Assembly (NCBI GenBank): GCA_907165135.1 | Contig: OU015567.1 | Span: 62,001 to 126,000 of the forward strand | Length of the DNA stretch: 64,000 bases | Direction of reading: 5' to 3' | Source of the DNA: Oikopleura dioica | Taxonomy: Eukaryota > Animalia > Chordata | In this document: positions 36,801-49,200 of the stretch, piece by piece | How the letters are laid out: each line of letters starts with the position of its first letter | Numbering within the stretch: the stretch's first letter is position 1 | The notes under the pieces: model-generated | Database searches by the model: none | What the model was told of the DNA's origin: nothing | What the model saw: only the letters and a program-made list of their open reading frames with translations | Program-made: the position numbers and the translations under genes

Positions 36801-38439
36801 CAAAAAGACTTTGCGCACTCTCCTTAGAACTAGGAATTTTAAGATTTCTTATAGCCTGAATTTTATCCGTTGAAGGAGAAATATTACCCTGAGAAATAAA
36901 ATAGCCACAAAATGTCACCGACCTTGTAAAAAATGAAGCTTTTCGAGAGTTTATCCTAAGATTATTCGCATCTAGAATATGAAAAAATTTTTTGAGGTTC
37001 AAAAAATGCTCTTGTTCTGTTTTACTATGAATAAGAATATCGTCCATGTACGGTAATATTTCGGTTTTATCTACACCTTTTAGTGCCTGATCAATTACTC
37101 TCATGAAAAAACTTGGTGCATTTCGACAGCCCATAGGCATGCGTAAAAATCTAAATTGACCGAACTCGTTCGAAAATGCCGTTTTATCTTTTGATTCTTC
37201 TGTTAAAGCGATCTGATGAAACCCCTTAATAAGGTCTATCGAAGAGAAAATAGTACTTTTATCTAAATACGACAACGAATCCTCTAAATTCGGCAGGGTG
37301 TAGTGCATCTGAATAGTCACATCATTTAACTTTCTGAAATCAATGACAAGACGAAATCGTCCATCTTTTTTTCTTACAAGAATACTCGGACTATTCCACG
37401 GGCTAGAACATCGCTCTATAAATTTATTATCCATAAATTTATCCAAAAGATCTCTTAAAACATTCCTCAAGCTAAAAGGAGTGCGAAACGGGGCTGAAGA
37501 AATGGGGAAGTCTGTATCTGTGTCTATTGAAAATTTTTCAATTGTACATTCTGGAAGCGAGTCATCCTCGTCCAACAAAAGATGTGCAAAATCATCTAAA
37601 AGAGCGTCAAAATCAATTTTTATTTTCGAAGAGTTAATTTTACCGACGGAAATATTTTTAAGGTTTTTATGCTTTATGTTTTTTATTCTCGCTATTTCAA
37701 CGATTTCATGTAATTTAACAAAAACTGTACCCGCAGGAATTTTGATGACTGTGTCTGTTGGATTTATAATAAGAAGACGAAATTTTGGGCAATTTTTATC
37801 GACAACTTGAAAGCTTGGGATAAGCTGCAATTTAGAATTTCCTAGATTAGACTGATCAAATGAAAGACTTTTCGATTTTTCAAGATCTTTGATTTTCAAA
37901 TCAATTATGCATTCTGATTTAGGCCTAAAAGAAAAGTTATCGGTAGAAAAACCATCATATTCACGATCCTTATTTTTGTCCTCGTTGATTTCAAAATTAT
38001 CGTCTGTTTTAATTTGATTAAGTTTTGCAAACCGTTCAATTGGTCCTGATTGAATTATTTTACGACGGTGAAGGTTTATCATTATCTCGTTATCTTGAAT
38101 AGCTGGCACTCCCAAAATAGGGCTCAAATTGTCAGGAACAACGTAAAATTCTGATTTTCCCCAATTTACATTTTCAATGATGATATCCGCTTCGACCTTT
38201 CCCAAAATATCAATTTGTCCGCCGGAGTAATTTACCGCTTCAGTTTTTGTTTTTTGGATTTTTATGTTTTTTGGTATGTTTTTCTTACAAATGCAATTTA
38301 ATTGTGATCCAGTATCTAATAAAAATCGAACAGGTGAATTAAAAATATTTACAGTTACATAAAATTGTTCGCCTATTTTATTGATGGAGATTTTTGGAAC
38401 GGAAATTTGACCAGAATTCGTTCCAAAATTTAGTTTTTT
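33861..38439 (-). CDS. pol: Pol of C (pieces 36715-38205 and 33861-36653 plus upstream protease)
   Basis: FLLDTGSQ, YMDD, VLETDAS, HHCC/DDE, GPY. One 930-aa ORF covers RNase H, IN and the extension. Confidence 0.95.
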
Positions 38440-39495
38440 GATTGATCCTGAGTGCTATTTTCCCGTCGTTTCAAGCAGTTTCGCCCGATATGACCAAAAC
38501 CCTGACACTCGTAGCATTTAATTTTGGGGCACCTCGGCTTAACATGACCCCATTGTTGGCAATTTCGGCAAAAAGGGGCCGCTTGGGGAGGTTGCTGGAA
38601 TCTGAACGGAAACGGCGGAATAAAATTTGCTGAGGCCGGCGGGTTAGCTGGCCTGCTAATTTCCTCATTTTTGACCTTCTTTTCGAGCTCTATCTTTGCT
38701 ACAGTCGCTGTTAATTGTTTTATCTGTTCAAGTAATTCCGAATTTTTGCGCTCATAATTTGATTCCATCTGAGTCAATTTTGAATCCAAAAGTTCGCTCG
38801 TTCGATCAACAAAGGACGTAAGATTTGCCGACTCGATCGAAGAAACATTCACAGTCAAAAATCGCTCCCGTGAGTCCAAAAATGTGGCAATCTCCTGAGC
38901 ACTCTTTTACTGACTCCATGATCACGTTAAAACGACTTATTCGCTGGCTCAAGGCTTTTCATAAAGTGAGCGTTAATAATAAAGTCTCTAGCATCTTGTT
39001 TATCAGAAATAAGCTCGGCGACGGTTTTAATTCGTGTCAAAAATGACGAAAACTTCTCATTCATTTCCGATCGTCGACAAAGGTTTTCTAGTTCGACTCC
39101 CGCCCGCTCTCGCTTTTCTTCCTCAGATTCACTTCCGAAAACAGATTCCAGGAAATCAAAAACTTCATCCATATTTTCGAAATTCGCCATTTCCCGCCCA
39201 TAATTATTCATAAATTCGTGAGAGCAATTATTGCGAATGCAGTCTACGACTTGTCTGTCAAAAGCTTTTTCTAAATTATTGCGGTCGGACTCTCGATTGT
39301 GATCCTTAATACTTTTGTCAAAAATTTTTCGCATTGCAGAAATTTTATCGCTCAAATTATTCTTGGAAATTGTAAATTCATAAGACAGCATATTAGGCCG
39401 AAAAATTGACGAGAATTGAGGGACGGAAAAGTGGCAAAAAGTAATTCTTCGGGCATTTTATTAACCTTGAAGTTGGAGTCTTGCGTGTTCACCAT
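38430..39495 (-). CDS. gag: Gag of C (frameshifted pieces)
   Basis: Starts MVNTQDSNFK. Two CCHC knuckles. Ends TCA AAA AAC TAA with downstream stem TTTTGGAACG/CGTTCCAAAA. Confidence 0.88.
39485..39494 (-). promoter_or_regulatory. PBS-position sequence of C (TGGTGAACAC), primer tRNA not assigned
   Basis: TGG abutting the 5' LTR. Only 6 nt match the Trp-type PBS. Confidence 0.5.
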
Positions 39496-40524
39496 GATAC
39501 CGATTTGCAGCTCAAATGCTCTCTTAGCTAGAATTCTTGCAAAGAATGACGCCAAAATTTCAAAACGTGGCTGTATTATTTTGAGTATGGAGAGAGTGAT
39601 TTTTCAAATTTTCAAATTTTCAATTCGCATTTCGCGCAGGTGCGTTTCTTTCCAAATAAGGCGCGGCGCATTTCGCGCCATGTTTTTCTTTCCAAATATG
39701 GTGAGCGCTTTTCGCGCAATTGTTTTTCTGTCAATCGAAATTCGCCGAAACAGCCACGTTCGCTTCGAAATTAATCCCAAGAAATAAATTTTATCAAAAA
39801 AGTTCAACTTCCCACTATGTGGCCATATCCCTTTTTTGATAGAATTTAATGAATTTTTACTAATACTTTTCCAAAGCCAGTTCCAATAATCGTTGTCAGT
39901 CCATTGCGTAGTCGTCGTTGTTGCCAGAGAAGTCGCCGCCATTGTTGAAGCTGCAATTCTGTCGGTTTTGAGGAGAGTGGTCAGCTTTCCTTAAGCGAGC
40001 CAGAAAAGTGTTCAATCAATTTTGCCTACCTAGGAGTACTTACAGACAGCGCCATCCCGAGGAGCACGGGGTCACACTGTCAAGCCGCTTAAAGCGGAAC
40101 TCAGCTAGAGGATGAAATCCATGCAACAGCTCTGTTGTAGTAGTAGAAAATGCCGATCGATTTTTTATCGTCAAGAAGAATTGCCATCATCGTTTTGAAG
40201 ACATAGAAGAGTCAGCTTGATTCATCAATAATAATTACCAGTTCAAAAATTAAATAAAAGAAGTAGTGAGCACTAGAAAGAGTTAAATAAAGAACCGCCG
40301 AAACGGGTGGCTAATGTGCCTTTGATTTGTGAAATAACGCGTACGTTATGAGGGAAAAATAGAGATTTATGAATTCATGCAAGCATCCGAGATTTGGCTC
40401 CGAAAATCGTCGGAACATAAAACTGTGAAATTCATGCCTAATCAACCTAATTGGCGAAAATATTTATGTGACTGGGATATTCAATTTTTCATTTTTTCTT
40501 GTGTTCTTTCCTTTATTCGTATCA

Positions 40525-42338
40525 ATGACCATCGAAAAAATTTTTTTGAATTTTTTCTGTTGGGTTTGAGAGGCTCAGAATCAACCAAAATGACGCTCGG
40601 AAGACGGCAGAAACGCTGCAAATACAATAAGGGCAAAAACGAACTTTCAAAATTTTGACCTCGTTTTTGGGCGATTCATGATAACGATGACCATCGAAAA
40701 AATTTTTTGAATTTTTTTCTGTTGGGTTTGAGAGGCTCAGAATCGACCAAAATGACGCTCGGAAGACGACAGAAACGCTGCAAATAAAATTAGAGCAAAA
40801 AACGAATTTTCAAAATTTTGACCTCATTTTTGGGCAATTCATGATAACGATGACCATCGAAAAATTTTTTTGAATTTTTTCTGTTGGGTTTGAGAGGCTT
40901 AGAATCAACCAAAATGACGCTCGGAATACGGCAAAAACGCTGCAAATAAAATTAGACCAAATAACGAAATTTCAAAATTTTGACCTCGTTTTTGGGCGAT
41001 TTATGATAACGATGACCATCGAAAAAATTTTTTTGAATTTTTTTCTGTTGGGTTTGAGAGGCTCAGAATCGACCAAAATGACGCTCGGAAGACGACAGAA
41101 ACGCTGCAAATAAAATAAGGGCAAAAACGAACTTTCAAAATTTTGACCTCGTTTTTGGGCGATTCATGATAGCGATGACCATCGAAAAAAATTTTTTTGA
41201 ATTTTTTTCTGTTGGGTTTGAGAGGCTCAGAATCGACCAAAATGACGCTCGTAAGACGACAGAAACGCTGCAAATAAAATTAGAGCAAAAACGAATTTTC
41301 AAAATTTTGACCTCATTTTTGGGCAATTCATGATAACGATGACCATCGAAAAAAATTTTTTGAATTTTTTTCTGTTGGGTTTGAGAGGCTTAGAATCAAC
41401 CAAAATGACGCTCGGAATACGGCAAAAACGCTGCAAATAAAATTAGACCAAATAACGAAATTTCAAAATTTTGACCTCGTTTTTGGGCGATTTATGATAA
41501 CGATGACCATCGAAAAAAATTTTTTGAATTTTTTTCTGTTGGGTTTGAGAGGCTCAGAATCGACCAAAATGACGCTCGGAAGACGACAGAAACGCTGCAA
41601 ATAAAATTAGAGCAAAAACGAATTTTCAAAATTTTGACCTCATTTTTGGGCAATTCATGATAACGATGACCATCGAAAAAATTTTTTTGAATTTTTTTCT
41701 GTTGGGTTTGAGAGGCTCAGAATCAACCAAAATGACGCTCGGAATACGGCAGAAACGCTGCAAATAAAATTAGACCAAATAACGAAATTTCAAAATTTTG
41801 ACCTCGTTTTTGGGCGATTTATGATAACGATGACCATCGAAAAAATTTTTTTGAATTTTTTTTCTGTTGGGTTTGAGAGGCTCAGAATCGACCAAAATGA
41901 CGCTCGGAAGACGACAGAAACGCTGCAAATAAAATTAGAGCAAAAACGAATTTTCAAAATTTTGACCTCATTTTTGGGCAATTCATGATAATGATGACCA
42001 TCGAAAAAAAATTTTTTTTTTGAATTTTTTTTTCTGTTGGGTTTGAGAGGCTCAGAATCAACCAAAATGACGCTCGGAAGACGACAGAAACGCTGCAAAT
42101 AAAATTAGGGCCAAAAACGAATTTTCAAAATTTTGACCTCATTTTTGGGCGATTCATGATAACGATGACCATAGAAAAAAAAAATTTTTTTTTTGATTTT
42201 TTTTCTGTTGGGTTTGAGAGGCTCAGAATCAACCAAAATGACGCTCGGAAGACGTCAGAAACGCTGCAAATAAAATAAGGGCAAAAAACGAAATTTCAAA
42301 ATTTTGACCTCGTTTTTGGGCGATTCATGATAACGATG
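40525..42338 (+). repeat. ~165-bp satellite, block 6
   Basis: Same monomer, with alternating variant monomers. Confidence 0.98.
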
Positions 42339-43475
42339 TGATACCAAATTCAATAAACTAGAATCCTTGCAAAAGAAACGAAAATAAAAATAGCTGTTGG
42401 TGGTTTTATTGATAATCGAGAATGATTTTTGAAATTTGAAATTTTGAAAAGTTTCTTTTCAGAAACCGGTTGGTTCCGGATTTTTCTATTGTTTTCGTAA
42501 ATCGGGCCATTTCGGCCATTGTGGCTTCTTACGTAACGCGTTATTTGCAAACTTTCATCATCTTTTTACGTAACGTCAATTCTTAGATAATTATATAACA
42601 TGTTACGATTTCTTTTGAGAATTCTTATTTTTAATAAATTCGCCATAAGTGGCGCTTTTTGACGAAATTTGTAATCAAACAGCTTTCTCACTATGTGACC
42701 CACTGTTTAACTACAGATTCCGACAAAGTTCCAGGGCAGTAGTCGTTGTTGTTGTCAGTAGTCCGTTGTCAGTCCAGGCAGGGGTTTCGTTGTCGTTGTG
42801 GTAGTAGTCGAAGTTGTCGTTGTCGTCCTAGTCGGGTCGGCGTGTAACTGCGGCGTTGAAAGTGGTCAGTTTTCTAGAAAATGCAGTAACCGAGTCCTCG
42901 GCGAGTTCGATTACCTGGGAGCGCTTATAACGCTTTTTACCGGTTTTGGATATTCTGCCCGCGGTAACTTAGCGTTTAGCCCTTTCGGGAAGCTCAGCCA
43001 GTAAGAATTATTTATTCCAACGGCGTTGAGAAGAATCATCGTCCAGTAAATGTAAAATATTTTGAAAAGATTGAATTTTTGAAAAAGCAGAAATATAAAT
43101 TAAAGAAATTATTGTGAGATAAATTCATGCGTTTTAACTTTGAACCTAAAAGAAGTTATTAAGAAAAACCTTTTGAATCAAAGATATCAAAAGGGTGGCT
43201 AATGTGCCTCAGAACATGTGAATACACGCGTACGTGCGGAAAATATAGTAATCAGAATTTCCTAGCGTTCTCATGCTAGAAATTACCCTCAGTCTAATCA
43301 GCAAACCTATTTTTTTTTTCATTTTTTCCGGTTTGGCTAAATTTTTTTTGATTTTTGACGAGGTCCGATCAAACCTGACCAGTTATTTATTGTTAATTTG
43401 TGAGATCATGCTTTTATCTTTGGCCGTGATTTAGCGCTTCAGTAATAATATTTTTTTTTTTCACAGTAGGTATCA
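42339..43475 (-). mobile_element. Solo LTR F (1137 bp)
   Basis: TGATA...TATCA termini. Shares LTR motifs (ACGTACGCGT, GGCACATTAGCCACC, GGTCACATAGTGAGAAAG) on the minus strand. TSD CGATG/CTATG has one mismatch. Confidence 0.88.
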
Positions 43476-43811
43476 CTATGACCATCGAAAAAAATTTTTT
43501 TTTTTTTTGAATTTTTTTTCTGTTGGGTTTAAGAGGCTCAGAATCAACCAAAATGACGCTCGGAAGACGACAAAAACGCTGCAAATAAAATAAGAGCAAA
43601 AAACGAATTTTCAAAATTTTGACCTCATTTTTGGGCGATTCATGATAACGATGACCATCGAAAAAAAAATTTTTTTTGAATTTTTTTTCTGTTGGGTTTG
43701 AGAGGCTCAGAATCAACCAAAATGACGCTCGGAAGACAGCAGAAACGCTGCAAATAAAATTAGGGCAAAAAACGAACTTTCAAAATTTTGACCTCACTTT
43801 TTGGCGATTCA
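43476..43811 (+). repeat. ~165-bp satellite, block 7 (2 monomers)
   Basis: Same monomer. Confidence 0.97.
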
Positions 43812-45101
43812 TGATATCCTTAGGGAACAACGCCTCAAGCAACACAAAAAATTTATTTCACGGCCAAGTATTTACGTCAATTCGGTTCTACGTTGGTTTA
43901 AATTTGTCTTGTCAGCTTGGTATCACCAAATTGATCAGACATTTTTTCAAAAATCATTTCACGATATTCTTCTCAAAATGAAAAGATGGTCAGTTTTTAC
44001 GAGCCAGATTGACCCAAAATTGTCTTATCATCATGTCATCTCTTTACGATTTCTATTTTTATCATTGGAATGCTCATATGCTCTCATCATAATCAACGGG
44101 TCGGAAACTAATTAAGGGTTTATTCAGTCTAGGATTAATGTGTATGTACGCATACTTTGGAAGAAATCTTAATTCGTTTCTGACTATTCTAGTGCGATCT
44201 GACGTCAATTCATCAAAAATATGCAATTCGCAAAACCGCATGTTTAATCTATTTATTGATATTTCTTATCATTGCTTTGCGATTTTAAAGTTCGATTATT
44301 GACAGTACATACGATTCAAAGTCTACAACAGAACAGCCGTCAACACCTTCTTCAACAACAACAACTCCAACGAGCAGATAAACCGTCGTATCATCTCGGT
44401 GCCGTGGGGTCGGACAAACTCTCTGTCAGTGCGTCCGCTTGTCGCAAACTAGCTCATCCGTAAGAGAAGATACGGTGCGAACCGCGACAGTAACTTCCCC
44501 GGGTATGTTCCTTGGAATTTGCTTCTTCTATGATTTCAATTTTGATAAATTTATTTTATAAAATCCTGACCAAATTTTATTCAATTTATTTGTTAAAATT
44601 TTGTATATATTCTTTTACTTTTCTCATCCTTTATTTATTTCAATCATAATTAACAGTCACTTCTACGGTCACATAGTGAGAAGTTTAAGTGGCTGTTATT
44701 ATTTTCTGCTTTTATTATGAAAAAATAATTAATTTGCGTTTTATCTCGTCACGCGCGGCGCCGGCTCCCGAAACCTTTGAAAATAACTTGCTTGGCAAGT
44801 TCGACCAGCTCCTCTTCCGAAAAGAAATCGATCCGAAAGGATTTCCCGCAAGAAAAACCGCTAAAAGAAGCTACGGGCTCTCTTCCTTGTTTTCGAAAGA
44901 AAAATTGTTTTTCAAAAACAACCGCTTGTTCAAAAACACTGATCGAATCTCGCTGCTATTTAACCCCGCGTCGCGCCTTTTTCCGTCATTCAAATCACAA
45001 ATAAAACCACGCAAATTTTAAATTTGATTCTCGTTGTTTTGGCTTGGCATTCTAGAGTTAGAGATCGAGCAAAATTCTTGCAGGACAGCCGCTTCCGTAT
45101 C

Positions 45102-46202
45102 ATGGTGACCCCAACTCCTGAAGAGGTACTGTACAAGAGTCATGCGCTTTTTTCTGTTTCCCGAATCAAATGATAAGATTAGGAATGAGAAATTTTGAAT
45201 TTAATTTGATTAATTCCACAATTAAAGACAAATTACAGCGAGCAAAATGGATTTTTGAAAAATCTCTCGCGGAAAATAAACCCGAAAACAAAGAGGACCT
45301 CGAGGCTCAATTTTCGCGCCTTTCAAGTTCTTTTGTTTACAATTCATGCGAGCCCGAATTTCTTAGGGAATACGGGGAAGATCTTTATGGATTTGAATCA
45401 GCTGAGGAAAAATTGTCTTTTTGACGTCTGTTTTTGGCGACGAATCGCCCGAGGAAAAATCCTTCGAAACAAAGAAAAATGGAAAATCTCGCCCGAAAGA
45501 GCGAGAACAATGAAAAATTCGAGATTTTTTGTCACGTGTTAAAACAGTCGCGGAGAAAATAACGCAAAAACCGGACGCGAGAGAATACATTATCGACGCG
45601 CAATTTAGAAAATCGCTCACGCCTGAACTGCAGAATTTTCTTCGCGATCAGTGTATGCTTGAAAAAACCCCGAGGAAATATCCAAATTTCTTGACAAAAG
45701 AAAACGTAATGAAACTATCCCCAAAATTGCCCAAATCGAAATTGACGCGAAACTTGGCTCGTTTTTCAGTCGACTTCTGACTTAATTTCGAAATCGACAA
45801 TGTCCTTCGAGGACCAAATTTCTCAATTGAAAATTGAACAGAAAAAATCAGAAGAGGCGGCGGAAAAACGGGCGTGTGCGCTTCATGATCAAATTGAAAA
45901 ACTAACGGCAACAATTGCAAAATTAGAAGTTGATCGCCGCAACGATCAGAGTTTGACGCGCCAAAATAACCAGCAACGGAATTTTCAAAGTCGAAATTTG
46001 GGCGCGCCGAATTCGGATCGGCCAAGGCCTCGACGATTTTGTGGATTTTGTAACACAGACACTCATTTTAGATCGCATTGCCCCTTTATTACCTGCCACT
46101 TTTGTCAGAAAAAGGCCACATGAAAACGGCTTGTCCCGATAATCCCGATAGAATTTACCGAGCTGCTCGGATCGAGGGAGAGGAAACTTCAAAAACGAGT
46201 AA
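45102..46202 (+). CDS. gag: Gag of A2 (many homopolymer indels)
   Basis: Colinear and near-identical in protein to A1 gag. Confidence 0.85.
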
Positions 46203-49200
46203 ATGGAGCTGAAAGCCCTGGTCAGGCACCAGTTCCAAGAACTTGTTCAATTTTTCGCATTGGATTACAATATTTTGTAGAAATGACAATTTTTCAAAGA
46301 AAATAAAAATGCTCGTCGATTCAGGTTCCCAACTTAATCTTTTGCCTAAATCATTTATTCCCGATAACGTTAAAATTCAAGCCCCTGATATTTTTGCTAA
46401 AAACTATGGTGGAGGAAGTATTGAAATTCTTGGTTTTGTTGAATGTGATTTTCATGTTAAAACGGAAAAGTGGGGTAAATCGCGATTTTATATTGTAAAT
46501 GACAATTGTGAGGCAATTCTCGGTTCGGAAGCACTGAAATCTAATGAAATAATGATCAATCTTCATCGTAATCGTCTATTTAAATCTGGTCCTATCGAGC
46601 GTATGGCAAATTTATGTAATAATTCATCAAAAAGCCCAACAGTAAATAACATTGAGCAAGACAATTTTTATGCCGTTTCTGAACAAAATTTCACATTTAG
46701 AGGCAAAAGTGAGCAAATAATCGACTTGAAAATTCCTCATTTGAACAGATCAATGAACCTTTTTTAGAAAAAGCCAGCTCAAAAATTCGAAGCTCGAATT
46801 AATAGAATCATTTCAGAGAGTTGATCCCGAATCTCCATTTTTCGTATTCTTGTTATAAATCCCCTGAATTCTACAGTGAAAATTCCTGCTGGCACGGCTT
46901 TTGCGAAACTGGCAGAAATAGCTGAGATCGCGTGCATAAAGCCCTCAAAAAAAGATCTTAATTTTCTTCTTTCGCGGTTAAAAATAGGCGATGTATCGAA
47001 AAACAATCAGCCAAAATTTTTTGATCTTCTTGGTGTGTATACCCATTTATTTCAAGACGAGGACGATGATTTGCCTGTCTCGAACCTTGAAAAATTTTCG
47101 ATTGAACTTGAGACTGATCGCCCGATTTGTAGCAATATGTACAGAACGCCATATGCTTTGCGGGGAGTAATGACTGGGACTCTTACGTCCTACCTTGGTC
47201 AAGACATAATAATGCGAATAAATTCACCCTATAATAGCCCCGCGTTACTCGTAAGAAAACGAAACGGTACATTCAGACTGTGTATAGATTACAGAAAATT
47301 AAATTCATTTACGCTTCAGCAGCATCATCCGCTGCAACAAATTGAGGATGTTTTAGGGTTTTTAGAAAATAGCCTTATTTTTTCTTGCGTTGATTTGCGC
47401 AAAGGATTTCATCAGTGTCTCGTGGATGAGAAATCGCGAGAAAAACTAGCTTTTTCGACTGAAGACGGACAATTTACTTGGAAAAGGCTTCCCATGGGTC
47501 TTAAAAATGCCCCTATTCATTTCGCAAAATGCATGGATGTTATTTTACGAGACACGCCAAAAACTCAAATTTGCGCATATCTTGACGATCTTGTGGTCCA
47601 TTCAAGAACAGAGGAGGAACACCTAGCCAATTTATCTAAATTTTTTCAAATTTTAGATCAAAATAATTTACGGATAAATATTGACAAAGCGAGTTTTTTT
47701 GAGCGAAAAGCATGCATTTTGGGATTTGAAATTTTTAACGGGAGAATACGGCCATCACAGGACAAGATCGAAGCGGTTAAAAATCTTTCTATTCCAAGAA
47801 ACCGAGAGGAGGCACAATCACTTTTCGGACTTCTTTCGCAGCACAGAAAGTTTATTAAAAATTTTGCACCCCTGGGAGTGGAAATTTCAAAAACGTACAG
47901 AGGTTCATTTTGTTGGACAAAAGAGGCGACGATTTCACTCGAAAAGCTCAAAAGTATCATCTGCCATAATACTCTGGAGCTCAAAATCCCCCCACTAAAT
48001 AACGGTGTTTTTGTACTTGAGACTGACGCATCCAACCATAGTCTTGGTGGAGTTCTTTATCTTTGCGCGGAGCGAAATAAAAATCACCATCATTCGCATA
48101 ATTGCTTGCAACCGATAGCTTACCACTCGCTAAATTTTACGCCGGCACAACAAAAATACGGGACATTGGAAAAAGAGCTATATAGTGGGAAAACATGTAT
48201 GGAACGATGGAGAGCTTATCTTGCTTATGTCGATTTTCTTTGGATTACTGATAATTCTTGCGTAAAATACGCTCAATCTTTCAAGACAAGTAATTTGAAA
48301 ATTCAAAGATGGTTTACTGAGCTTCAGGGATTTTCATTTCGAATTGAACAAAGAAAAACTCATCAAATGAAAATAAGTGATTGCCTTAGTCGTAATACAT
48401 TAAATTGTTCAATCAATCAAATAAAGTTTACCCCTGAATCATTTGTTGAGTTTCAAAAATCTGACCGAGTATTATCACAAGTAAGACGTTTCGTTAAAAT
48501 TGATAGATGGCCAAATAACCCAGCTAGTGAGCTTTACCCATATTTTTTTACGTAGACCTGACCTTGAAATTCTTGAGTCCGGGGAACTAGCAATAAACTC
48601 TCCAGCATATCAAAAAAGATTTTGCGTCCCCGAGGCTTTGACAGAGACAATTTGCAGCGAATATCATGATCATTCTCATTTTGGAATCGATATAACAGCC
48701 GAGAAAATTTCTAGAAAGTATTTTTGGCCGGGATTAAAAAACACAGTCGCGAGCTTTATTAAATCATGTCACAAATGTCAAATTTCAAAACCAAATTTAC
48801 AGCCTAACAAACCTCCCTTAGGTAAATCTGAAACACCAAGCGGCCCTTTTGAAATTTTGTACTTCGATTTAATCGGCCCACTTCAAGAAACTGATTTTGG
48901 TCATAAATATGTAATGGTGGTTATTGACGGTTTCAGCAAAAAAGTTTATGCGGAGCCCTTATCTTGCAAAAAATCGGATTATTTACTGCAAAAATTTCGA
49001 AGCGTATTATTTAGAAATCCAAAATTTCCAAAATATATGGTTTTAGATAACGCGAAGGAACACGTTTTGATTGAAAAATTTTTGAAAGAAAACAAAATTG
49101 GTGTGCATTATATTCCCCCCGCGCCATCCCCAATCTAATGGGCAAGTTGAAAACGTCAATAGAACCATAAAAGCCAGGCTTAGGGCTCGTTCAAATTGGG

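Larger units (their letters stand above)
32770..40524 (-). mobile_element. Full-length Ty3/gypsy element C (relative of B)
   Basis: LTRs 32770-33799 and 39495-40524 (1030 bp) nearly identical. TSD ATGAC at 32765-32769 and 40525-40529. Confidence 0.97.
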
